Assembly (NCBI GenBank): GCA_013416795.1
Contig: RQSC01000032.1
Span: 124,001 to 188,000, forward strand
Length of the DNA stretch: 64,000 nucleotides
Direction: 5' to 3'
Origin: Prasinococcaceae sp. CCMP 1430
Lineage: Eukaryota > Plantae > Prasinodermophyta
In this document: positions 55,201-64,000 of the stretch, piece after piece
Position numbering within the stretch: position 1 is the first letter of the stretch
Layout of the letters: each line of letters begins with the position of its first letter
Notes under the pieces: model-generated
The model's input: the letters and a program-made list of their open reading frames with translations, nothing else
What the model was told of the DNA's origin: nothing
The model's database searches: none
Position numbers and translations under genes: made by a program

Positions 55201-56195
55201 TAGCAAACCGTGCCGGCGTCGTGCCCAAGCTGAAGACCCTGTGGCGCCTCGCCTCAGGCGACGCGGCCGAGTGCGTGGAATACCTGCGTTCGAGCATAAG
55301 GCCTGCGATGGGTGCAGCGGGCGCTGCGGCTTGCGATGAGCTGGTGTTGGCGATGCAGACGCTCGGCCCATCGATGCGATCCTCAGACAAGCTGCGCATC
55401 AGGCTCGATCTCTTGCTCGCGCCCGCTCGAGAGTACCACGCGGGTGTCCTGCTGGAGCTACACGCGAGCACGTCGCGAGATACTCACGACGCCTGCGTGG
55501 CCATCGGAGGAGAATACTCTCTTCCGTTGTGGAAGGGCGAGGGAGTCGCCCCTAGCGGCTTCGGGCTTACGTTCGCTGTGCAGCGCCTCGCCAGGCGCGT
55601 GGTGGCCTCTGGCGATGACGGCGATGCGTTTGCGCGCGGGGAAACGCTGCGTGCCGCGCGTGGCGGCGCGCTCGTGTGCGCTCGGGGTAGCGGCGGACGC
55701 GAGGAGAGCGAATCGGCCCTCGCTGCTGCGCGTATGAGCGTGCTCGGGCAGCTCTGGGACGCCGGTGTGGTGGCTGAGGGCATGCCTGGCGGCGCTGTGC
55801 TGCCCACGTCGGCGCAGTTTGCGCACGCGTCGTCAATCGGAGCGCGCTTCATAGTGACGGTGTCTGAGGCGGGTGCGGCGGCCGACACGGTCGCCGTGCG
55901 AGACCTCGGGACGAGCAGCGGTCAGCGGCAGGCGTGGTCGAGCAACGCCGCCGAGGAGGTCGTGTCGCGTAACGACCTGGTTGCGCGCATTGCCGATGAG
56001 CTCGGGGGCGGGGTGTCGCTGCCCGCCGGGAGGTCACACACACTCCGCCGGGCGAATAGCACGACCACACTGAGTGGTGACGCCCACACCTCCGGTCACG
56101 ACGCCAGGGAGACGGACGCCGTGGCGCGCTCCCCGTCGATCGAGCCTGATGAAGAGCGCGGGCGCGGGCGTCGCCGCGGCGGACGGCGGCGGTAA
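52296..56195 (+). CDS. GCN2: eIF2-alpha kinase GCN2
   Basis: RWD (ERDALAAIF, YPESP), SRYETDFEE..LGAGAFGQV, YAIKKV, IQMEYC, HRDIKPANIF, GDFGLA, VGTALYAAPE; degenerate HisRS-like and anticodon-binding-like C-terminus. Confidence 0.9.
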   Translation: MEAAAAHEAARLARLAAERGDERDALAAIFAGEFECPEGAGEVEAPTEGGSGTNRPYAVRVTEGGVSLSVRWAYPAGGGYPESPLAVAVEPLAGFGSAAGREQLAALRAAAEAQALALAAEGRVAAFELVQLARDAAQALAAALADGRGITQADVAAAAPGLSDAALWEDDGWRTVQSRRTKRRQSQAAEVGGTDAGASTDKCEEAGAEEGGEQPGAHGMRQGKEGVRSALVLGQLLRLVTSPRGPMPGKLGVLAAELKAAGVLPGWLHDMLVRPPKTIAAHRLESGGGAGAPPPSGGSSSSPGPLAALVERSISLRSRSGAGEEAATQDSFEDAFSRVFSREKTAAHQGAMAGPHASALEQLWSCSSQTARGANSAGARQLSSARGVSADSDEGEAAMSRYETDFEEQRVLGAGAFGQVVLAVNRYDGRPYAIKKVRLSARSPSLNAKILREVTTLSTLAQANIVRYFSAWIESSGAAQIAQDEEGSTDDWLSGTPTPSAGSAELSRGTTDGANAPVLLIQMEYCPRTLRAVLDAPGEMASAEDAKRWTWARDLLKGLAHIHASGVAHRDIKPANIFVSVQGGLLIGDFGLARFRGTTDKDDGAQGAGAGSRDGAPPGGAARSLSDATSAVGTALYAAPETGKGWAAYDMGVDMYSLGIVLYELWAPFATGMERIVELSALRQRGKCDKPFAKAHQQAARLIDALIASDPSARPSAPEVLRGDYLPPLSGEDQLVEMTRLLQTDEACFERVVEAVASPACIPCETKTALAADSAPRPAAANRAAAEVASRLATVAAAHGCAPTTSTAMLPSPGSSSPGATIVLDAHHGVRLDVRSDARERLSRAIGASGIASARAWQCAPVWRLGQGGVPMERLAFDVDFVERPADAYGRALLGAELARVACESALSSDSPELFTLRINHRTLLASILRWAGLEHGEEATVLRLLATNRLGRADWKQVAAHLEDGIVLANRAGVVPKLKTLWRLASGDAAECVEYLRSSIRPAMGAAGAAACDELVLAMQTLGPSMRSSDKLRIRLDLLLAPAREYHAGVLLELHASTSRDTHDACVAIGGEYSLPLWKGEGVAPSGFGLTFAVQRLARRVVASGDDGDAFARGETLRAARGGALVCARGSGGREESESALAAARMSVLGQLWDAGVVAEGMPGGAVLPTSAQFAHASSIGARFIVTVSEAGAAADTVAVRDLGTSSGQRQAWSSNAAEEVVSRNDLVARIADELGGGVSLPAGRSHTLRRANSTTTLSGDAHTSGHDARETDAVARSPSIEPDEERGRGRRRGGRRR

Positions 56196-56436
56196 GGCAC
56201 AGCACGCTCGCACAGTTTTGACACACGCGCACTCGTCCGGACGGCGCCGCCCTCGCCGCGCGGTCTCGAGCGCGCCGCGCCCACCACACGCGGCAGCATG
56301 CGCGCGTGTGTGTGCCCAGTGAAACAGAGATACATTGGCGAAAAGTTACATACACGTGTACAGCCCAGCGGCCACTACTAAAAACACAGCAACGCAGGCA
56401 GCGCCGGGCCACGCCGCGCCCGCATGTGGCATGGCT

Positions 56437-57684
56437 TCACCGCACGAATTCCACAACGCCGACGAGCAGGGGCGGCGCGCGTGGAGCCCCCGCGACGGCC
56501 TGCGCCTTAATGTCGCGCACGACGAACTCACCACGGCCGACGATGAGGACGTCGACGGTGTCGTCGTCGTTGAAGCGGTGGCGCTGGATCTCGACGACAC
56601 GCCCGAGCGCGCCCTCGGCGAAGCCGCCGCGTGTCAGGAGGCCGAACAGCCCAGTGCCGTCGCCGCCGGTCCTGTCGGCCTCGGAGACGGCTGCCATCGC
56701 CGCCCTCCCCCGCACGTTCGCCTCGCCGATCGCACGCCCCGCCATCCAACGATAGCGCGGCTCGAAGAGGTGCAGCACCATCGCCACGCCCTCCTCGAAG
56801 TCGATGTCACCAAGGCAAAAGAGCGGCAGGGTGCATTGCCTCGCGATCTCCTCTGCGATGGCCTCCTCGTCCTTGGCCGCCTGCGCCTCGCGGATGGCAT
56901 ACGCTTCGCCGTACACCTCGCGCAGCTTCTCCTCCGTCGCCGCGTCCACCGCGAGTTCGTCCGGCGACGCGGGGGAAGCGCGCTCCGCCCTGCAGAAGGG
57001 GCACGCCGGCGAGCGCCGCAGGGCCTTGAAGGCGCACGCGCGGCAGAGGGCCTTGCCGCAGCACGCCGCGGTGTGCGGGCGCGCCAGGAGCGCATAGCAG
57101 ATGCCGCACGCGTGGTCGTCATCTGGCGGGTCGGCGGCAGCCTGTGCAGCGGCGCACAGCCGCGCGAGGTCGGCCCGCTCCAGCGCGCCAGCGGGGAGCG
57201 GCACGGTCCGCGCGGCGAGGAATGCCTTGAGAGCGCGCACGCCCATCGCCTCGAAGTCCGGCGCATCATCGCTGGGGCCGCCGCCGCGCGCATCCGCGTC
57301 TTTGTCCTGCACCCGCTCTTCCTCATTGCCGTCGCCGGGCGCGTCCGCGTCCTCATCCCGCAACCGCTCTTCCTCATTGTCGTCGCCGTCGCCTCCCGCG
57401 CTTGCCCCTGCCGCCGTTCCCGCAACTTCCCCTGCGTCGCCCGCAGGCGCGCGCTCCGCCTCTGCTGCGCCGCCACGCTCTCCTTCTGCGTCGTCGGTGT
57501 GGCCCGCCGCCGCGCGCTCCACCCCAGACGCCGAGCGCTTCGTGCCGCGTCGCGCGGCGCCGTTGACGCCATCGCCGCTGACGCCATCAACGCCTTCGCC
57601 TGCGCCCGCAGGGCCGTCACCTGGGGCGGCCTCGGCGGCGGCCTCGCCTCCCTGGCCCGCTTCGCCGCTCGCTGCGGAGCCCAT
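56437..57684 (-). CDS. RING finger + LON substrate-binding domain protein (LONRF-like)
   Basis: CGICYALL..P...CCGKALCRAC...CPFCR; LPLF, LHLFEPRYRWM, VGRGEFVV; short SAP-like helix pair upstream. Confidence 0.85.
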   Translation of the reverse strand: MGSAASGEAGQGGEAAAEAAPGDGPAGAGEGVDGVSGDGVNGAARRGTKRSASGVERAAAGHTDDAEGERGGAAEAERAPAGDAGEVAGTAAGASAGGDGDDNEEERLRDEDADAPGDGNEEERVQDKDADARGGGPSDDAPDFEAMGVRALKAFLAARTVPLPAGALERADLARLCAAAQAAADPPDDDHACGICYALLARPHTAACCGKALCRACAFKALRRSPACPFCRAERASPASPDELAVDAATEEKLREVYGEAYAIREAQAAKDEEAIAEEIARQCTLPLFCLGDIDFEEGVAMVLHLFEPRYRWMAGRAIGEANVRGRAAMAAVSEADRTGGDGTGLFGLLTRGGFAEGALGRVVEIQRHRFNDDDTVDVLIVGRGEFVVRDIKAQAVAGAPRAPPLLVGVVEFVR

Positions 57685-57908
57685 CGGCGCCGTGCGCCCG
57701 GAGGGTTTGGTTGCGCGCGCGCGCTCCGAACGCGCCCCCGCCCTCCCACGCCCCACGGCCCCCTCCCTCTCCCACGCGCGCGGGCGCGTCACCACCGGCA
57801 ATGAGGCGCTCGCGACCCCCGCGCCGTTACGCGGCGCAAAAATGATCAAACCCTATGTTTCTTAACCCTTATACAAACCTTCCTTCCATGCCAATGCACC
57901 ATCACCTA

Positions 57909-57960
57909 CCATCTGATGGTGCCATCTGATGATGCCATCTGATGGTGCCATCGATGATGG
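57909..57960. repeat. Tandem array of four palindromic 13-mers (CCATCTGATGGTG)
   Basis: ccatctgatggtg / ccatctgatgatg / ccatctgatggtg / ccatcgatgatgg. Confidence 0.85.
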
Positions 57961-58174
57961 CAAAAATGGTTCGACATCTCGAGAATGGACGTAACCCTAA
58001 CCCCGACCCTGCTTCGCTTCTGCTGCTGCGTGCGCGCGCCGCGGACCGCCTTGCGGATAACGGTGCAATCTCCTCCCGGCGCGCCGCCAGAGCGCGCCGG
58101 CGCCAGGGGTGGGGGACGGGAGGCTCGGCGCGGCACGCGGCCCGCCTGGGACGCTCAGCGCCGACGTGGTGGTC

Positions 58175-58378
58175 ATGGAGACCTCGATGCTTGCGCTCGA
58201 CGCGGACGCCCAGATGGAGTGTGAGAAGGAGAAGAGGGCGCCGGGACGGCGTGGCGCGGCGATGCTGCTCGCGATGGCGGCGCTCGCGATCGCGCCGCCG
58301 ACGCGCGCGGCGGCCGCCGAGGAAGAGGAAGCGGAGGACGACGATGCCTGCCCGATTGAGCCGCAGCCCGACTGCTGA
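58175..58378 (+). CDS. Putative small protein with RR-hydrophobic-AxA signal and acidic two-Cys C-terminus
   Basis: GRRGAAMLLAMAALAIAPPTRAAAAEEEEAEDDDACPIEPQPDC; coding-like codons. Confidence 0.35.
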   Translation: METSMLALDADAQMECEKEKRAPGRRGAAMLLAMAALAIAPPTRAAAAEEEEAEDDDACPIEPQPDC

Positions 58379-58555
58379 GCCCCCCCTTCCCCCCGCACCG
58401 TCTCCGCTGGGCCAGTCTCCGCAAGCCCGTGTGCGTCGCGCCCCTCGTCTGCCGCGTGAACGCCGGGACGGTGGCCAAGTCCGGCGCGCGGCACCGTCTG
58501 GTAACATTACATGCGCAGTGCGTAGCAGCTGCGGGCGTCAGGGCAGCGCGCGCGC

Positions 58556-60271
58556 TCACTTCTCGCGCACGAGCTCGATGTCGACGTGCTGTATACCCGG
58601 CACGGCCTCTTTGAGCAGGCGCTCCAGGCGCTCTATCTCGAGCGGCACGACATCGACCACGCGCGAGCCGTACCCGCGCAGGGCGTCGTCCAGCGCTGCG
58701 CCGCTCAGGGGCGCGTCGGGCACGCGTCGCGCGCCCGCCGTGTCTGTGTGCATCCCCCCCCCGCCCGCCCCTGCGCCCCCGCGCGGCGCTGCGCCAGTCG
58801 CGACGGAGGCAGCGCCGCCGCCGCCGCCGCCGCCGAGGCCCAGCGCGCCCTCCATGCCGTCGAAGAGCCCCGGATGGCGGCTCACGATGGCGGCGCCGTC
58901 GACGACGATCTCGCACTTGAAGCGGAACTTGCGCGGGCCGAGCACCTCGGTCTTCATGTCCCGCCAGCTCGCCACGATCTCGCACTGCTTGAGCACCTCC
59001 ACGGCGCGCGCTAGGTCGCGGTCGGGCATGGACACCCCGACGAGCGAGCGGTGGTTTCGGCTGAAGAGCTTCGCCGCGGTGACCGCCAGCAACAGGCCGA
59101 CGCCCAGCGAGCCGCACGCGTCCCACACGGGCTCGTCGAGCCAGTACGCCGCGTTGAGCGCGGCGAAGGCGATGCCCGAGCCGACGACGGCCGACACGTC
59201 CTCGAAGAAGACGGCGACGCTCACGGGGTCGCCGTCTGACGTATACTCGGAGAACGTCATGTTTTCTGCCTTGGCAGAGTCCACGATGGCCCTGTATGCC
59301 ACCGCGCAGCTGTAGCTCTCGAGTGCCATGGAGAGGACCGCGCTGCCCGCGCCGAGCTGCAGGTCGAATGCGGTCATCGCCTGCGGGTGTAGAAGCGAGT
59401 GCACGCCGTGCGTGACGCTCGCGGCGGCGCCCAGGCAGAAGAAGGCTACGCTGCTGGCGAGGCTCCAAACGAACTGCTCCTTGCTGTACCCGTAGGGGTG
59501 CTTCGAGTCCGGCGGGCGCAGCGAGCGCAGCAGGCCCGTGCGTAGCGCGTACTGGTTCATCGTGTCCACTGCGCTGTGCACGGCCTCCGCGGCCATCACG
59601 GCCGAGCCGGTGAGCGCCCATACGGCCGACTTGCCCAGAAAGACACCCGCGTTGGTCATCAGGGCGATCTTCACCGCGTGCGCAGAGCGCAGGTGCCGCC
59701 GCTCGTGGACGCCCTCGTCATCCTGCGACGCCGGCACGGGCATGCCGGCCGCGGCGGCAGCAGCGGCCGCGAAGCCGCGCTGCTCCTGGCGTCGGGGAAG
59801 CTGCCGCTCCCGCTGCCGCCGCCACTGCGGCTGCGGCTGGGACTGTGGCTGCAGCGTTGGCTCCTGCACCATGTCCATGCCCGTGCCGTGCATGCCGATG
59901 CGACCCCCTGCACCCGCGGGTGTGCCGCGTGTCGTCTGCATCTGTTGCAACTGCGTCTTCATGTTGAGCATGCCCTGCACTTGCTGCATGCGCACGTGCT
60001 GCACGTGCTGTACGTGTCGCATTTGCGTACGCTGCGGCGTGTGCTTCTCAGAGGGGGCGCCGTGCATCCACGCCAGTTTCTCGAGGGGCCCGCTATGCCG
60101 CTCCGCCATGCCTCGTCGTCGCTGCAGCTTTTGCAGCAGTGGCACATGCACGCACCGCTGCCCGCGCGACGTGTGCATGCGCTGTGTGTGCCGCCGTTGC
60201 GCGTCACGCAGAGGCAGCGTGGCCCCGCCGGCGAAGGCGCCCGCGCGCACGCCCGCGCCGCTGAACCGCAT
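58556..60271 (-). CDS. Cation diffusion facilitator, ZnT9/MTP7-like
   Basis: TGSAVMAAEAVHSAVDTMNQ, PPDSKHPYGY, FFCLGA, VFFED..AVVG, GSLGVGLLL, DIEL C-terminus. Confidence 0.9.
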   Translation of the reverse strand: MRFSGAGVRAGAFAGGATLPLRDAQRRHTQRMHTSRGQRCVHVPLLQKLQRRRGMAERHSGPLEKLAWMHGAPSEKHTPQRTQMRHVQHVQHVRMQQVQGMLNMKTQLQQMQTTRGTPAGAGGRIGMHGTGMDMVQEPTLQPQSQPQPQWRRQRERQLPRRQEQRGFAAAAAAAAGMPVPASQDDEGVHERRHLRSAHAVKIALMTNAGVFLGKSAVWALTGSAVMAAEAVHSAVDTMNQYALRTGLLRSLRPPDSKHPYGYSKEQFVWSLASSVAFFCLGAAASVTHGVHSLLHPQAMTAFDLQLGAGSAVLSMALESYSCAVAYRAIVDSAKAENMTFSEYTSDGDPVSVAVFFEDVSAVVGSGIAFAALNAAYWLDEPVWDACGSLGVGLLLAVTAAKLFSRNHRSLVGVSMPDRDLARAVEVLKQCEIVASWRDMKTEVLGPRKFRFKCEIVVDGAAIVSRHPGLFDGMEGALGLGGGGGGGAASVATGAAPRGGAGAGGGGMHTDTAGARRVPDAPLSGAALDDALRGYGSRVVDVVPLEIERLERLLKEAVPGIQHVDIELVREK

Positions 60272-61307
60272 GCCCAACGTGCCGCCGGCGCCCGTGGCGA
60301 GCGCGGCCTCGGCCACGCGCGTGCCTCACACCCGCGTGCGCGTGGCGCGCAGTGGCGCGCAGCGGAGCGCCACGCGCGCGCCACGCGCGCGCGCGTTTCG
60401 AACTCCGACCCCATTCCCAATCCGCCCTCCCCGGCTCGGCGTCGCCCGCCCCCGCTCGCGTCACCGCCGCCTTCACCCAAGATTCGATCCATTTCTTCGC
60501 TCCCGCGGGAGGGGGGGCTCGCGCGCCCCCCCCCTCGCCGTCGCCGGTGACTGACAGATAGCTGGCTGGCTGGAGGGGGAGCTGGCTGGCCCTCGGGTCC
60601 AGCCCGCGATGGGCGAACGGACTGGTGTTTATTCCCCCCCGGCCGCGGCCGGGCCGGCGCGGAAGCGCGCGTTTTCGCATTCGGTTGGGGTAACGGTTCC
60701 GCTTTTTTCCGCGGTCGTTTCCGGACGGCGGGTTGCTTTCGATAACGCCTCCTCGGGAATCCATGCGTTGGCGAGGTTCGATTGTGCGCTGCTGCGAGCC
60801 GGCTCGTAGGGGCCCAGGCGCACCGGGCGCAGGCAGGTGCCACCCACCCACCACCGCCCCACCCGCGCGCGCGCGCGCGCTCCGGCCCGTCGCGCCTGTT
60901 TGCCTTCACCCCCGCCTGCCGCGGGGCCGCATCCCTCGCCTCATCGCCCCCGCCCGCGTGGGACACTGCTGCCTCGCCTCGTCCGACCGCGGCGTCGAGC
61001 GGAGGGGAGCGGACGGGAAGCGGCAGCGGCGCACCGGGGGCGGGGGTGGGGTGCGCCGGGGGGGAGGTGGTTTCGGGCGGTGCGACGCTCGCGCTCGCGC
61101 GTGCCACAACGGCGCATCCGCGCGAGGGGAAGCGGGTGCGGGCACGGCGGCAGCGGCGGCCTTCCTGCCCGCCGCCCCGCCCGCGGCGCGCGGGGGGCGT
61201 CAGGCTGACGTGGCGGACTCGGCCCGCTCGCTTCTTTTTTTTGGGCCTCGTGCAGGGGGCGGAGGAGGGACGGTGGGCGGTGGGGGCCTGCCGGCGCGTG
61301 CGGTGCA

Positions 61308-63936
61308 ATGTCCGAGGCGGCGAAAGACGCAGCGCCCGCGGATGGCGCCGCGCCTGCAGCGCGGGCTCCACCAGCGCGGGGCGATGGGGCGGCGCACGCG
61401 GAGCGCATAGTCGGCAAGTACCGCCTCGGGAAGCAGGTGGGCGCCGGCAGCTTCGCGACCGTGTGGCGCGGCGCGCACGTCGACACGGGCGAGGCGGTCG
61501 CCGTCAAGCAGATCAACCTGCAGCGCCTCAGCACCAAGCTTCAAGAGAGCCTAGAGAGCGAGATAGCCATCCTGCAGCACACCCGCCACGCGAACATCAT
61601 CAAATTGCACGACATCATCAAGGAGCCCGAGCACACGTATCTCGTGCTCGAGCTCTGCACGGGTGGTGACCTGTCGCAGTATATAAAGAGGCGCAAGCGC
61701 CTGGCCGAGCCTGAGGCGCGCAAGCTCGCGAAGCAGCTCTGCGGTGGCCTCCGGGCGCTTCGCGCCGCGTGCCTCGTACACAGGGACCTAAGTGCGTGAC
61801 TCGCGCGCGCATGCACGGTCGCGCGCACGAGCATGCGCTCGCGAAAGAGATGGCCAAGAGCGCGTGCGGCGCGTCACGTGCGTGGTGCTGACGAATGCGC
61901 GCGCGCGGCGTTCACCTTTGGTCGACGCAGAGCCACAGAATTTGCTGTTATCGGACAGCGGGCCCGACGCGCGGCTGGTCATTGCCGACTTTGGTTTCGC
62001 GCGTTACGTGCAGCCGCATGGCATGGCGGAGACTCTGTGCGGCTCGCCGCTGTACATGGCGCCTGAGATCTTGCGATTTCAGAAGTACGACGCCAAGGCC
62101 GACCTGTGGTCGGTCGGCGCTGTTCTTTACGAGCTGCTTGTGGGCCGCACACCATACACCGGCGCCAATCACGTGCAGCTACTGCGAAACATCGAGAAGC
62201 AGGACGTGCAAATCCCCACGCATGTCGTGCTCTCACCGGCGTGCGTGCAGGTCATAATGGGCTTGCTGCGACGCAACCCGGTGGAGCGCATGTCGCATGA
62301 GGATCTGTTCGGCCACCCATTCGTGTCGGATTCCGCGCAGACGCCTGCGCAGCAGGCACGTGCGGGCAGCGGACAGGGCAATGCGCTGGGCGGCCAGGGG
62401 CATGGGTTGGGCGGAAGTGTCGGTAGCGGCGGATCGAGCAGCGGCGGCGACTGCATGCCATTCGCGCTGGACGAGGGCAGCGGCGGCAGCTCAGGGGCGC
62501 GAAGCAGTGGGAGCGGTGGTGCAGCAGGCACTAGGGCTGGCGTTGGGGGTTTGCGTGAGCAGCTGGTGCCGCCTCTGTATGGCCCGGGGGGGGTGGGCGC
62601 TGCGATGGCCACGGCGCAGGGGGACGGTGGCGCCAGCACCAACGCGGACGTGGACGCCGCGGCGGCCGCGCTGGCAGCAACTGCTCGCGTTGATGTCTTT
62701 GCTGCTGGCGCGCACTCGAACCCGCATGGCTCACAGCTGTACGGCCAGCTGCCAGCGGTGCCCGAGTCGCCGATGCGGCCAGGTGGCCCGCACGAGGGCG
62801 GTGCGCTTGCACGCGCGGCGAGCGGGGCCGACGAGGACGAGTGGGAGGTAGTTGTCTCGCCCGAGCAGGGGAGTGCTTCGCATGAGTCCGGTGCGCCTCA
62901 ACCCGCGCAGACTGTCGATTGCCGCCGCTTGCACCAGCCGCCGCCGCCGCAGCAGCAGCAGCAGCAGCAGCAAACGATCACACCATCTCGCGGTCGTTCG
63001 ACTTCGCTGGCGAGTGGACTCCCAGCCGGTGGCGCGTCGCCGGCGTCGGTACCTCTCTCGACCGCGCTTCAGTCACCTGCGCAGCTACCGCTGGGGGCCG
63101 GCCCATTCTCGCACGGTGGATCGCCAGCGGGGCTCCCCGGTGCCTTGCCACCGGGAATGCCAGCTCCCTCGCCGCTGCCCTTGCCCGTGCCTGTGGCTGC
63201 AGGCCAGTACGGCCTTCCGGGTGGCGATGCGATGCCCAGTGGTGCGCCTGCGCCGGCGGCGGCGAGCTCGCCGGAGGAGCGCACGCGCGTGCTGCAGGAT
63301 GGCGCGGCCGCACTTGCGGCACTCGCAGCGGGCGCAGTTGACAGGGGTGAGCCACGCGCTGCAGCATGCTACCACCTCGTGCAGCTCGAGGCGCTGTCGG
63401 CCGCGAGGCGCATCGCTGAGCAGGCCCTCGCGGCCGCCTCGCCCGCGGCGGCCGCTGCTGCTCAGGGCGTGGTCGCAAGCGTCACAGCGGACTTTTCTGC
63501 GGCCGCTGGCGCAGCAGAATGTGCGGTGGGGGCGCTGTCGGAAGGCGCCGCAGGTGCGGGCGTCCAGGACGACGCACCGGTGGCCGACCCACTCGAGGTT
63601 GCGTATGAGGGGGCGCTAGCGTCGGGACGCGAGGGTGCGGCGGAGGAGCTCATGGAGAGGCACACCCGCGCAGCCGCGGCGTACGGCAGAGCTGTGGCTG
63701 TGCTCACCATGCTCGCCACGGAGGGCTCCACGCTTGCGGCGGCAGCGGCGGGGCTTGCCAAGGGCGCGGGCGGCGACGGTGGTTCCGACGGCAGCACAGG
63801 CGGCAGGAGCACGCTGAGCACGGAGGCGCGCGAACGGATGCTGTCGTACGCCTCGGCTATTGGCGCACGCCTGCCCGTGTGTGAACGCGCCGCGGCGCAG
63901 ACGGGCGGCGGTCGCGCACGCAGCAAGACGCGATGA
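61308..63936 (+). CDS. ATG1: Autophagy kinase ATG1/ULK; intron 61792-61930
   Basis: VGAGSFATVW, LESEIAIL, HRDL|KPQNLLL, IADFGFAR, ETLCGSPLYMAPEI, YDAKADLWSVG; disordered middle; C-terminal MIT-like helices. Confidence 0.94.
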
Positions 63937-64000
63937 CGCACCGCACGCGACCGGCGGAGACGCGCGGCCAATGGCATTAATAGCGGGAAAATTAAACACT

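Noticed and set aside
57922-57945. C/D box snoRNA motifs (TGATGA, CTGA)
   Set aside because: They are by-products of the 13-bp repeat and are too closely spaced for a snoRNA.

Overview
Gene-dense 64 kb segment of a very GC-rich eukaryotic nuclear genome, most likely a green alga of prasinophyte type. This is inferred from fused DHFR-TS, PPR-SMR, HSP101, plant-like ATG1/GCN2, and short GT-AG introns with GTRCG donors and CTGAC branch points. About 30 protein genes are packed with very short intergenic spacers. There is one tRNA-Ala(AGC) gene, two N-gaps and four single-N joins; I saw no CRISPR array, rRNA or recognisable transposon. Most genes are housekeeping. The most unusual items: (i) an intron-containing, bacterial-style APH kinase + degenerate M23 + class III PLP enzyme fusion with a C-terminal membrane tail; (ii) a PDCD4-like double-MA3 + Ser/Thr kinase + cNMP-binding-like fusion; (iii) a signal-less BtuF-like binding protein fused to a DUF4864-like domain; (iv) a secreted reprolysin-type metalloprotease with a (KPTP)7 stalk and Cys repeats; (v) a tRNA gene antisense inside the HSP101 5' region; (vi) divergent or partial cilium/centriole-type genes (PF16, PKD2-like fragment, Sfi1-like); (vii) a DMXL/Rabconnectin-3 gene reduced to its C-terminal WD40 part. 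All family assignments come from motif recognition by eye, with no database searches. Most other ORFs in the supplied track are GC-rich shadow frames.
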